A stretch of 57,538 nt of DNA, counting the filler, from Sanchytrium tribonematis (lineage: Eukaryota): assembly GCA_018985235.1 (NCBI GenBank). It is 6 parts of 6 records of this genome, joined end to end, with 100 filler letters (N's around TTAATTAATTAA, not from the genome) between each part and the next. Parts side by side here need not be neighbours in the genome. Positions count along the whole stretch, not along the records: positions 9,751 to 19,348 come from JADGIG010000325.1; positions 19,449 to 28,974 come from JADGIG010000327.1; 4 more parts are not named here. One strand, given 5' to 3'. Position numbers and translations under genes: made by a program. The notes below the pieces were generated by a model. That model did not search any database. It was not told the DNA's origin and worked only from the letters and a program-made list of their open reading frames with translations. Positions 12,908 through 24,072 of this stretch are shown piece after piece; position 1 is the stretch's first letter, and every line of letters starts with the position of its first letter.

Positions 12908-13729
12908 TTACCAACAGAAGATGAAATGAGGAAAATCCAGTCTGAGTATGAAGAACAAGCAATAGCACAAGCAGGAGTGACAGATGAAAATGTTGAGAGA
13001 TAGAGTTTTGAGAGCTGAAAAGATAAATGAAGATCCGGAAATGTTGAAATATAGCAAATGCTCGTGGTAAAAAGAATTGACTAAGACTAGGCTCTTAAAG
13101 AACTCCTCGGAATAGGCAGTTGTTCGTCTTGAAATCATAATAACTTCAATGTCGTTTTGAAAGTGATTTCTGATCCATTATAAGCGCTTGCTTGAAACAA
13201 GCCAACAATCTATTTCGAAACGGAAATGCATAATTTAAATATCAATTGAAAAATTAATGTACTTTGAAGGTGAAATTGTTAGACGTACGTTAATGGAATA
13301 GTGTTTGTGATTTCTGACTAGACACATTACTGTAATATTTGGGTTTTCACTATAAGTTGTGATGTTATGATGGAAATGATTGGAATAAAATAATTGGAAA
13401 TTTGGGGTCTTTGGCCATTGCAATACCATTGATTTCAAATGTGTAATAAAAAGCTCAACAACATCTCTAATAGACGCATTAATATACCTAACCAAACAAT
13501 ACTAAGTCGAATTTTACACCCACGTGCCTCTTGTGCGTTGTTAAATAATTGACAAATGGATATAAATCTGTTGTAAGTTTTCGACAATCTCACGTCGCAT
13601 TCTGTATATTTTCTTATATGCTCTTGGGACTAGATACGTAATCTCACTAATTTGATTTGGAAATTTGTTCCCTTGAATTTTGAACAAATTTTGAACAAAT
13701 AGCTGTATATTAACACCAAGAGTCAACAC
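12908..13729 (-). pseudogene. Decayed ORF of unknown function (one frame, about 270 codons, five TAA/TAG stops)
   Basis: Track ORFs 13541-13729, 13235-13495 and 12908-13138 are all in the same frame, separated only by TAR stops. Confidence 0.5.
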
Positions 13730-14097
13730 ATCGTATAAAATTTTATTGAGCTTTGGTAGTCATCAAAATCGCTGTTAAAATTATGTCGGAATGAGCGAAT
13801 CGACAGACAAAATGCAGTGGAATTGAAAAAGATATGTCGATTTATTAGCATGTGTTGGAGCATATGCTACCCAAATTGCACGATAATGCATCATGTGTTG
13901 TTTCATACCTTTAATTTTATGTTTTGGTAAACGATGGTATGCGAGCTGACCGTCTGACTTGAGTGTGAAACAAGATTGGGGCTAAATATTTATTTATTTT
14001 ATATTGCCTATAAATTTATTGATTAATTCACGTCATTCATTTATTTGTTGAGGCTCAATATGTCTTAATTTATAAGAAAGGGAGTAATTTCATTTAC

Positions 14098-14574
14098 ATG
14101 TTGCTTTCTTGTGATCCTGGTAGTAAAAATTGTGTAATTGTGATATTACAAAATTGCCAAACCATGGAATTACAAAATGGTAGATTTATTGACGTTAATA
14201 CTGGGTTTTACAGAGTTGTGTATCGAACAACTATCGATTTAGTTGCTCTAGGTGGAGGTGGAACGACGGTACAGTTATCAACAACCTTGGCCAGTTCCAG
14301 GAGTAGGCAATGTAGCGTTCGTGGCATTTTTGTCGAAGCTGTAAGAAATTGTGTTTTTGAATCAGTAATGATTACAATTGCAAATACTCTTAATTTGCCT
14401 TGTGTATCGTTAAATCCTACTATTTGGAGACACCATTTTCAGATTAATGGTCGAAAAACCCCGCGATCTTATAGGCAAATGAACGTCTTTGCCTTAGTGC
14501 AAAATCCAGATGAGTTGCAAAACATTCATGAGATGGATGTCACATTAGTTGCAATTGCATCTCAAATTGATTAA
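14098..14574 (+). CDS. RuvC-like Holliday-junction resolvase (RuvC/poxvirus A22/Ydc2 fold)
   Basis: N-terminal LSCDPGSKN, central IFVE, LPCVSLNPTIWRHHFQINGRK and C-terminal HEMDVTLVA match the order and spacing of RuvC-family motifs; 158 aa. Confidence 0.65.
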   Translation: MLLSCDPGSKNCVIVILQNCQTMELQNGRFIDVNTGFYRVVYRTTIDLVALGGGGTTVQLSTTLASSRSRQCSVRGIFVEAVRNCVFESVMITIANTLNLPCVSLNPTIWRHHFQINGRKTPRSYRQMNVFALVQNPDELQNIHEMDVTLVAIASQID

Positions 14575-14603
14575 AATAGCAGTAAAAGAATGATATTTAT
14601 TTA

Positions 14604-16118
14604 TTATTCATCATTTTTTCGAAAATAATCACGCGCACTACGATAGGTCTTCAAACTGGGATATCTTGATTTAAATTGCTCAAATGTTGGAAATTTGTTG
14701 AAATGCTGGCCCACTATTACTTTTTCCTTGAAAGCATGCCTATCAGGAGAATTAACTTTGTACATTTCCACTACATGGTCTTTAATTGGAATTGGACATG
14801 TCTGTGGATCGCCTTCTTTCCATAATTTGAAGAAATACTTCATAACCTTTGAAATGCTTGGAAATGACTTGAAAGTAACTGATTTAATATCAATACATGT
14901 TTGTATAGATGCTGCTTGAGAAATTGGAAGTGGTAATGGCCTTTGTTTACTTGTAAAATGACCCAATTCATGTTTTAATAAATCTACTACTTGCTTCGCC
15001 ATTTCTTTGTAATTGATAAATAAAATGCCTTGTTTATCTAGTTGGGATGTCAGTCTTAAAGGGTTCATAACGTCTGATATATCTTTGTGACGAGATATCT
15101 CTAATTGCAATATATATTTAGTGAATGTGGCTGGTGATTCCCATCTGCCCCATTTCATAGCTGATTCAATGTCCATATTCATATTTGATTGAAAAAGAAT
15201 CCAGCGGGCACCACCACGTCTGTATGAATGCCCTCCAATTGATCTTGGAATCAGAGAATTGTCTTGTTGCAACATTGAAATGACATCTTTAAATTTGGTA
15301 AATGACAGAGATTTAGTAGCATCTAATGTCAATTTACCAGTTGGAGAGATGTGGAAGTCGCAGAAGAGAAAAGAGTGGCGTGTCAATGGTATTTCTAGAG
15401 ACTTCAAAAAATCCATATAATTTCTAAAGAAAGTAACTGGTAGAATTGGATGACCATTAGGATGGTCATAAAAGTTTCTTGGACTAAATGCAGCATTTAA
15501 TTGTGCTCCATTGCCATTAATTTTCTTTCCCATTGTTTTGTGCCATGTCAGTTTAATTGACAAATATAATGATTTTTCACTGGGTTTGTGCAGTTTAACA
15601 TTATCATGGGATAAGTGGGACGCTTCATCATAGCTGTGACAGCCATAAAATAGAAAAACTAACATACACTGGAAATATTTGCAAATAAACGGATGTTTGC
15701 TTTATAATGAATTTATCATTTCCGACAATTCATTAATACACAACGGATAGGCACGTATGTCAGACTCTTCATTAAAATCTCTTATATGTGTTGTACGTAT
15801 TCCATGTACAGTGGATCTCAATTTCTGGTCTTGTGCAGGATTGGGAGTTGGATGATAAATTCCAAATTCTGTCTCAAAAAAATATACTAAAGCACTTTTG
15901 ATAGATACTACAGTTCCTGATTTAATAAACTGTTGTTTCCAACAGAGAAAATCCTCAATTTGCTGGACAGTTTGATTATAATTGGTGACATTTAAAATCA
16001 GCTTATTTTGCCAAAGTCATTTTTTAAACTGGCTAATATATGATTTCCAACATCTAATCGTCTCTGGCGCTCTCCGGCGCTCTCTGAATTCGGATGCAGT
16101 CAAATGTGGATTTTGCAT
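14604..16118 (-). mobile_element. Crypton-like tyrosine recombinase pseudogene (about 504 codons)
   Basis: GHSYRRGGARW, WGRWES and KY catalytic region; GCR1_C-like tail (LWKEGDP..PIKD). Frame extends to ATG 16118 through TGA (16017-19) and TAA (15702-04), with a SAM-like N-terminus (APETIRCWKSY...NPA). The first catalytic Arg position reads Ser (HSYDE). Confidence 0.85.
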
Positions 16119-16299
16119 CGTAAACTTGCTTTTTGAAATTTGGGGAAGGGGAAATCAATTTGTAAAATTAATCAAATTTATTTTGTCCAATGAGACTCTG
16201 AGACAATTGATGCTGTGAGAATTGTCAATTTTAATCTCCGAGTACAAATTCATTGCAAATGATTGGGTGAAATTTCGGACATCCAATCAAATTGGCCAA

Positions 16300-16320
16300 C
16301 CGAGGTCAGTCTGACCTCGG
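16300..16320. repeat. Perfect palindrome CCGAGGTCAG-T-CTGACCTCGG
   Basis: 10-bp arms with a 1-nt spacer, GC-rich in an AT-rich context, about 180 bp upstream of the recombinase. Confidence 0.9.
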
Positions 16321-16440
16321 ACTGTAAGATGATGTCGTGTCTAATTGATTTAATCAGCTCCTGCTGAATTTGGATTTGAGATTCGGTGTCCCATACATGT
16401 TCTATGCAAGAATATAGAGTCCTTTATACGTCGCACAATC

Positions 16441-19255
16441 ATGAAACAACATCACAATGATTTCAATCTAACTGTTTCGTCTACTACCCCTCCTTTTTTG
16501 CCTTTGGAGGAATCACCTCAGAATTTGAATGACAATTTAATGCCAATCCCCTGTATACAACTCTCTAATTTCAAATTAATGACGAAGTTAAAGCCACCTC
16601 TACATTCAAAATACTTTGATTCACTCTGCAAAATATTCAAAAATAACTCACAATAACACTAAAATTGTGTCTGAGCACAGTAATGATGCTCAATCTTCTT
16701 ACTTCCACAGACCTGATCGTCTTAGAACAGACCTATTTTTCTCCTTAAAAGGAATCTCACTACAACAAGTAATGGCCGAACTACAATTAATGTCCAAATC
16801 CCGAAAAGCATGACATCTTTTTTCAGTGGTGATAATGGTTCAAGATATGAACACCTATTTTTCACAGGCATGCCCATTTCTAACTTGGACGGAAAGGAGT
16901 TGTTGACAGCAGCCTCCTCTGCACTACCTTGTGTGAGCAAGGAAACATCAAATTCAGAGACATCCCAAAGATTTATTACTTACATGGTAATCGAATTGTT
17001 GAGGTTGTCATTAAATCCCGCAGCAAAACCAAATTTATTACTGCACTTGACACTTTCTCTAAAGATGAGGACTTGGGATCGGCCTTTTCTAATGTTCAGC
17101 AAATTCCTCTTAAAGAGTGGCTAAGTTTCTTGGCAACTAATAATGATTTGAAATACAGAGAATTCGAGCAAGTTAAATCGAAGGTGCTTGATCTTGCCTA
17201 TTTGATCCAAAAAATAGCAATTTTGACCATCTTTATTCAAATCCATTAGCGACTTTTATTTGGACTATGCTGCCTCCTTCATTCCACAATTCAATGAAAA
17301 TGCCTTCTTATTACAGATCAAATTCCTCATTGATTCAAATAAAATTAAAAAAGCATCAATTCTAGCCAGTAATGAGAGTCAAGAAACCACTCAAATGCTT
17401 TTGATTTCCCAGTTTGTACCCCCAATTTTGAATGAAACAACAGTACGACGAACAATTTAACAAACCCATCACAAACAGTAGACGACATTAGTATCAATTC
17501 TGAATCTAAATTGGATGAAAATGGTGACTTGCCGGACACAAATAGCGTCAAATTTACTACTAATGATATTTGTGTCATCCGAGTATTGCCAAATTCAACA
17601 ACATTACAAGATCTAGTTAATAAACACAGTGCCACTGAATGCATTTACAATCTAAGCTCTCCTACTGACTTAAATTTGACTCTTGCTGATCGATCTAGCG
17701 TGGTTTTAATTGTTGCCAACGAACTGGTCTCAAATATTTCCTGTCACGTTCTTGGTGAGTCATATTTACTCAAAATCCCCAAATTCACGAATTTAATCAA
17801 TCTAATCCCAGAACAATACTGGTCAGAAATTGGAATTGCTTATGGTCTTTTGGTCAATGATCAGGACTATACCAGTCAAATCTCAGGCTTCTCTCAGTGC
17901 AGTCAAATCAATTCATTTAAATTATATTCATTAAACAACAATTCATCTTATCTATCAAATTTAATTATTAATATTTCTATCAAAATCTGTAATGGAAAGT
18001 CAAAAATCTACACAACCCCATGCCACACGTGGCTTGATTTTGTACAAACCAATAACTTGTTTAAATTCTCTTCTGCAAATATTTACTGTGACAGCCAACT
18101 CAAAATGAATGAGTTCCTACTCACCAATGGCTGCCTCATCCTCATCACTGGCAAGTTGCTTGGTGGCTCAAGTCCTAAAAGACAGCGCACGCACTATCCT
18201 CAAATGGCTAAAATTCCGCCAATCTCCATTTTGAACGACTGTTTTTCTAAAAACCTAATTTACCAAGAAATCAATGACACAATTTACACCTTCTACAGGG
18301 ACTACAATGGCATTCAAACATCATTTGTAGACCACATTATTGTACCAACTCTACCGCAATTAAAAATCACCGACACTGGTTCAATTCCCGTAACCACCAG
18401 TTATCACTCTCTCAATTTTTGTGATGTACAGTGCGGAGAGATCCATTTGCTTCAAAAGAATTCTCGTATCAAATCTTACAAGCTAAAAGATGAAGACACC
18501 CAGTTTTATTTTCAACAATATCAAAATGCCAATTGTAGCAAAATTAAATCCATTATTTATTCTTGTCTAAATAACTTCCCTTATGTCCGCCAACAACATG
18601 AAACAAATGATTCCAGCATTCGTGATAAATTGACCACTGCAATTGATAACATCCAACACATTATTATTGACTCCGGATGGAACATCGTCAGAATATTTTA
18701 GAGGTTGAACTGCAAGTCGATGAATCAGTTATGGCTAGCAGATTCCTAGAAGAGCAAGAATTTGGGAACTTGTCAACTATCTTGAATCAAGAGGAAGAAG
18801 AGAATATTAGTTATAGTGGTCTATCTGCCAATTACCAGTATCATAGTTATTTTATGATGTATGATGCGCAGAAAGCCATTCATCCCTCCCTTATTGGTTT
18901 AATGTTTAAATTTGTTTTTAAGAAGTGCAATTTGGATGTGACATTAATAAGATTCCCAGTAATTATTCCCATTATTTCAACAAATATTGAGCAACCGTCT
19001 AGTGAAAGCGACGGTACATCTAGTGAAACCACTAGATCCCCCATCCACATGTATGAACTCGTTGCAATTGGCGAACAACGGTGCCATGCAGAATTTGTTA
19101 AGTTATTTTACAGATTTAGAATCACTTTAAATAGTGTTTATCTTGGACAATTGACTTTACAAAAGGAGAATGAGTTTTTAGAAGCCTTCTGTCAGCACAC
19201 AGAAGATCGAGAAATGTTTACAAAGTTCATGTTTGAGGTGTTTTCACATGAATAA
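16441..19255 (+). pseudogene. Long frameshifted coding region of unknown function, probable element cargo
   Basis: Chain of overlapping + strand ORFs (16441-17460, 17511-18701, 18677-19255) ending TAA within AATAAA. No recognised domain except a ubiquitin-like ...KLLGG. Confidence 0.45.
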
Positions 19256-19348
19256 AACAACCAGTATGCCAGCCCATTTCCAAAGATTCGAGCAGTACAT
19301 AATCACTTGGAAAGAAGAATTTACAATAGTGAATATGGTAGAATGAAT

Positions 19349-19448
19349 NNNNNNNNNNNNNNNNNNNNNNNNNNNNNNNNNNNNNNNNNNNNTTAATTAA
19401 TTAANNNNNNNNNNNNNNNNNNNNNNNNNNNNNNNNNNNNNNNNNNNN
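19349..19448. other. Artificial contig spacer
   Basis: 44N-TTAATTAATTAA-44N. Confidence 0.98.
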
Positions 19449-19771
19449 AAATATTGAAAGATGAAATTACTATTTTGTGGATCCATTTGGATCCTATAAT
19501 ATTACATGCAGAGTTTAAATTGTTTTATTATTTCATTGTATATGGTGATGTGCACTATTTGGTGGAAATGGATGCTATTTATTTGAATTATGGAGGATTT
19601 TTAGAGGATTTAGAAATATTAAAGGCAAATTTATATAAATATTCAATCATTGTTGGATTTATAGTTGAATTAATTCATGAATTGACAGATATGGGTATGA
19701 CAAAGGCATATAGACCATTGTTTGATAATATCGAGTCAAGAAATGCAAAGAAAAGAAGAGAAATCAAATAA
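19449..19771 (+). CDS. Hypothetical protein, 5' truncated by contig start
   Basis: Open frame from the contig edge to TAA; no motif. Confidence 0.45.
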
Positions 19772-19813
19772 ATATGTAAATTAAAGAATAATTGATATTT
19801 AAAATTGATTTTA

Positions 19814-20282
<469 letters not shown>

Positions 20283-20500
20283 ATGAATATTTTTGGATGT
20301 TCTTTCTGACTATTAAATGATTGATAGAAAGCAACAAATTTTTTTAATATAATTGACTCAAAGATTGCGTTGTGATGAAGTTTTAAAAAGTATTACAGTT
20401 TCAAAACTCAGGAGAATCACATTGGTAGGACAAGGTTGAACAAGATCTCACAACATTCTCCTTTCTTTGAATATAGTCGAAGTAGTCCCCGAACACAATC

Positions 20501-20704
20501 ATGTTATTTATTACAGCCGCTACTGCAATACCAACACCAAATGATGCACTAATTGGAATTGGGATTTTGGCTGGAACTGCATTGGGAGTCACAGCATTGG
20601 CCACTCGGCCTGGCTATTATGGAGGATATGGGGGAATGTATGGAGGATATGGGGGAATGTATGGAGGATACGGTGGCTATCCATGTGGCAGTTGGTTCTG
20701 TTGA
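20501..20704 (+). CDS. Small Gly/Tyr-rich secreted or membrane peptide
   Basis: Short hydrophobic N-terminus, hydrophobic middle, YGGYGGM repeats encoded by a 21-bp tandem repeat (about 20618-20668); AATAAA after the stop. Confidence 0.7.
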   Translation: MLFITAATAIPTPNDALIGIGILAGTALGVTALATRPGYYGGYGGMYGGYGGMYGGYGGYPCGSWFC

Positions 20705-20826
20705 AATAAATAAGTTACGTAATTAATTTGCAAACACTTTCAAGTCAAAAACCAACTTGCCATCCAATCACGAAGCACGGCAAGGCAATTTCTGACAATA
20801 TCTGTAAATTGCCCCCCTTGATCAGA

Positions 20827-21462
20827 ATGCTGCTGAGTTGTGTGTCTGGTTTAAGTACTGCCGACATACCTAACATAGCACATCAGATCGAAGCACAAGT
20901 ACCACCTTTAGTTGCAAAATTACCTTTTCCATTACCTCCACCAGCTACAGCAGCGCCTCCATCTGCTGCCCCTGTATCTACTACCAAAATCAAGTCGCCT
21001 CCAGTCTCTCCACCTCAAGCGTCAACACCAGATCCCCAAATAGCTGCAAACCCAGTACCTACACATGTAGCTACGATACACTCTGTAAAAATATCACCCA
21101 ATATGACGAATGCTGATGATTTATCTACGAATTCTAGTGGTGGACTTGAATCGCAGCCTGTTTCAGGACAAACTGAATCTGCAAAAGGAGATGAGAGCTC
21201 AGGCCCAGATAAAACCCCTATTGTTATTGGTTCTGTATGTGGTGCCATAGTTTTTGCAGGGGTTATAGTGGTTGTCTCCAAAATGCGAAAGAAAAAGGAA
21301 AAAACATTTACAATTAGTTCGCCAATGTCGGAGCATAGAAAAGGATCAGTTGGTTTTACGCCTCAGGAATTAAGCAGATTAGAGGGTACTCTGTCTTATG
21401 CAGAATTATCCAAAATCGATCACAGTAACCCACGCTACAATGAATATAGTAACTATGAATAA
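20827..21462 (+). CDS. Pro/Ser/Thr-rich single-pass membrane protein
   Basis: Low-complexity ectodomain, TM PIVIGSVCGAIVFAGVIVVV, basic stop-transfer RKKK. Confidence 0.75.
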   Translation: MLLSCVSGLSTADIPNIAHQIEAQVPPLVAKLPFPLPPPATAAPPSAAPVSTTKIKSPPVSPPQASTPDPQIAANPVPTHVATIHSVKISPNMTNADDLSTNSSGGLESQPVSGQTESAKGDESSGPDKTPIVIGSVCGAIVFAGVIVVVSKMRKKKEKTFTISSPMSEHRKGSVGFTPQELSRLEGTLSYAELSKIDHSNPRYNEYSNYE

Positions 21463-21479
21463 ATTGTGAAAAGAATTTA

Positions 21480-21821
21480 CTATGACAAAAGTGATTTATA
21501 ACCTATCTTCACTTTATCATAATCCTTTTTAGCTTCTTCAGCAGCGCATTGTAGCAAATTATCTTGACGATCAACGGCAAATTTGCTACATCGGATATAA
21601 TGGTTTTTAATAACAGCTGGACGTCCAATGTATTTCAGTGGTTTTAAGCAATATTTGCATGGGACTGGATTTGCATGTACATGTTTAAGATGTCGTAAGG
21701 CTGTGCTACTATCGCAAAATCGTCTATTACAAACAGGGCAAATTCCACCAGATATCAATGATTTAGCATCTACTGGTGAAATCAACACCGAAGCATCATC
21801 TAGTATGTCATTAAGATCCAT
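21480..21821 (-). CDS. Small C2H2 zinc-finger protein
   Basis: CPVC...HLKHVH and CKYC...H...C. Confidence 0.75.
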   Translation of the reverse strand: MDLNDILDDASVLISPVDAKSLISGGICPVCNRRFCDSSTALRHLKHVHANPVPCKYCLKPLKYIGRPAVIKNHYIRCSKFAVDRQDNLLQCAAEEAKKDYDKVKIGYKSLLS

Positions 21822-22542
21822 AAAGGACAAGCAGACTAACTCTTGATCGATTCAAGGCCTAAAGGAGAGTCCTTCACGTTTGAAAAACCAATCAAATACT
21901 ACGGATATTTGTAGCAGATTTCACAAGCATGGAGAATTTAATTTATTGTATGACGCTATGTGTTGAGACATTTTAAAATGCTCAACAAGTCGTATTTGTA
22001 TGCAGAAGCAGCACTGCTGCAGTAACTTACAGTCAAAGGGATAGAACAACCTAGTTGTAGCAACAACATGATAATTTACAACAGATTACTTTTAACTTTT
22101 ATTGTGCAAAGAATAAGTCACAGTGAGCCAATTAATTAAGCCAAGGGGGTAATGATTGACTTGGCATGCTTTGCTTTACTTTTGGATAAATTGTTACGTT
22201 GTTCACAACAAAGAATTCAATACCAATTTAGTTTATATCTTAGGATTTGGCGTTTGCCTTCAGGTTCTAGATTCTTTATTCAATGAATTGATTCAAATCA
22301 TTTACCAAGTCTTTCTAATATACGTTGATGTTGATCTTTCAGCTGTGTAGAAAAGCATGTTAATAAAAAGCAATAAAATATGCATCTGGATAAAAAGTAA
22401 AAACTTAGCGAACAAACTTTGTAAATATCACCAATTAATGGACAACCAATCACTAAAAATTGAAATAATTTGCAAAGTCCAATCAAAAACCATAAAATCA
22501 GTCAACCGCACTTAACTCATTAATTGCACATTTGATACCTGA

Positions 22543-22962
22543 ATGGACATTGACAACGAATACCTAGCGTATGTCATCAAACCACTTCAACAAAAACGAC
22601 TTTGTGAATGGAATGGTTGCAACAAATTGTTTGAGAGTGATCAAACTTGCTACGAGCATGTTAAAGTTGATCATAAACCCAAAAAAATTCATAAGTGTTG
22701 TTGGCGTACATGCGATCATTATTCACACAACCCAAATAACAATTTAAACCACGTCAAAAAACACTTTAAATTGATTGAGGGTATTTGCTTAAGTTGCTCA
22801 ACCACATTTAAATGGAAATTCGATCTAAAAAGGCATTTGACTAATTTTCACAAGGGTGATGAAATGTCAAAGCAAACAATTAAATTTAAAGGATTACAAT
22901 TACAAGTCACTCAAAAAAGGAAAATAGTCCACAATTCTAAAATAGCATTTTTATTAAATTGA
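22543..22962 (+). CDS. C2H2 zinc-finger protein (three fingers, GLI/Zap1-like CxWxxC)
   Basis: CEWNGC..H..H, CCWRTC..H..H, CLSC..FKWKFDLKRH..H. Confidence 0.85.
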   Translation: MDIDNEYLAYVIKPLQQKRLCEWNGCNKLFESDQTCYEHVKVDHKPKKIHKCCWRTCDHYSHNPNNNLNHVKKHFKLIEGICLSCSTTFKWKFDLKRHLTNFHKGDEMSKQTIKFKGLQLQVTQKRKIVHNSKIAFLLN

Positions 22963-22963
22963 T

Positions 22964-23812
22964 TTATTTTTCCAGATGCTCAAATATGCCATTTAATATA
23001 GTATTTTTAGGCCCCATTTGGTAAACTTGATTATCTGACTTGGTGTCTACATTTTCACCGAATTCTTCACAATCATCCATTTCCTGAAGAAACGCCATGG
23101 CATCTGGATCATCTCCCACCCTAATAAAAAGAACATTGAGTCGGTCCCCTTTAGGATCCACTTTTGCTATTTTATTTAAAATTAATTGCTTGATCAACCT
23201 CTTTTGTTCTATGGATGAGGAATCTGATGTCATTGGCTTGCCATCTGTAATCACAATAAATAATGCATTTTCAGACGTATTGGTAGGTAGATACTTGGAA
23301 ATGGCTAGTTTTAGTCCATCGAGTAAATTCGTAGTACCTTTTGGTGAATAAGTTTGAAATTCTTTGTATAATTCACCTGGATTTCTCACAATGGTGTCAT
23401 TTACTTTTGTTCCAAAGAATACGACAGGGATTTGACCATCCTTATCATAATCAAACATACTTTCCGTCAAAAAATTAGAGATCATAAAAGTGGAATCCCA
23501 CTTTGTCCAATTTGGTTTAGTTTGTTTTCTGTCACTCTCCATTGGATATTGATCTGCCTCACTTTGAGAACCAGACCGATCTACCAATAAAATGATTTGT
23601 AGATTGTCTAGTGCAGATTCATACTGTTTCGACTTCTTATTGAATAAATTTTGATGATTTTCAATCAAACTTTCTGGGATTTCGTAATGTTTTAATGCGT
23701 CATTATAATTTGGTGGAGTATCTATATACTCGTTGTTATAATTACTCTGTGTTCGGTTAGTTTGGTTCATTGGAATTAATTCCGGTTCTGATTTTGACTG
23801 CGTGCATCCCAT
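22964..23812 (-). CDS. vWA-domain protein with N-terminal myristoylation/palmitoylation signal
   Basis: MGC N-terminus; DRSGS MIDAS; GTTNL; VITDG. Confidence 0.85.
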   Translation of the reverse strand: MGCTQSKSEPELIPMNQTNRTQSNYNNEYIDTPPNYNDALKHYEIPESLIENHQNLFNKKSKQYESALDNLQIILLVDRSGSQSEADQYPMESDRKQTKPNWTKWDSTFMISNFLTESMFDYDKDGQIPVVFFGTKVNDTIVRNPGELYKEFQTYSPKGTTNLLDGLKLAISKYLPTNTSENALFIVITDGKPMTSDSSSIEQKRLIKQLILNKIAKVDPKGDRLNVLFIRVGDDPDAMAFLQEMDDCEEFGENVDTKSDNQVYQMGPKNTILNGIFEHLEK

Positions 23813-23944
23813 TTTGAAGATGTTTCAAGAAAGAGGGAAACTAAATATTTTGCAACATGGGATTTAAAAGTAATGAAATGTGTTAAATTTCGAACAATTA
23901 TAAAAGTTACATGACGAAATGAAAATGTAAATACGTTAACATTA

Positions 23945-24017
23945 TGAGGAGTAAGTGAATTGAACACTTAACCTTTGGATTTGGAATCCAACGCTCTGCC
24001 AATTGAGCTAACCCCCC
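23945..24017 (-). tRNA. tRNA-Trp (CCA), intronless
   Basis: GGGGGGT TAGCTCAATTGGCAGAGC G TTGGA-TTCCAAA-TCCAA ... GTTCAATTC ... ACTCCTC A folds into a 73-nt cloverleaf. Confidence 0.92.
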
Positions 24018-24072
24018 AACAATGAAGGAGAAATTGTAGTCAATAGATAACATGATATTTATTGGATCTCAC

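Noticed and set aside
12806..13003. Small acidic coiled-coil ORF as an intact gene
   Set aside because: It has no usable N-terminal ATG and abuts the DJ-1 start, so it is more likely a truncated fragment at the island boundary.
14098..14574. Fanzor/TnpB RNA-guided nuclease (DPG motif)
   Set aside because: The ORF is only 158 aa, with the RuvC motifs contiguous from residue 6 and no WED/REC region or zinc finger. It fits a standalone resolvase better.
1..16118. Alternative genetic code (TAA/TAG = Gln, or TGA = Trp) to explain in-frame stops
   Set aside because: Conserved host genes terminate properly at TAA, TAG and TGA. The stops are confined to mobile DNA that also has frameshifts, and one TAA replaces the Tyr of YADD.
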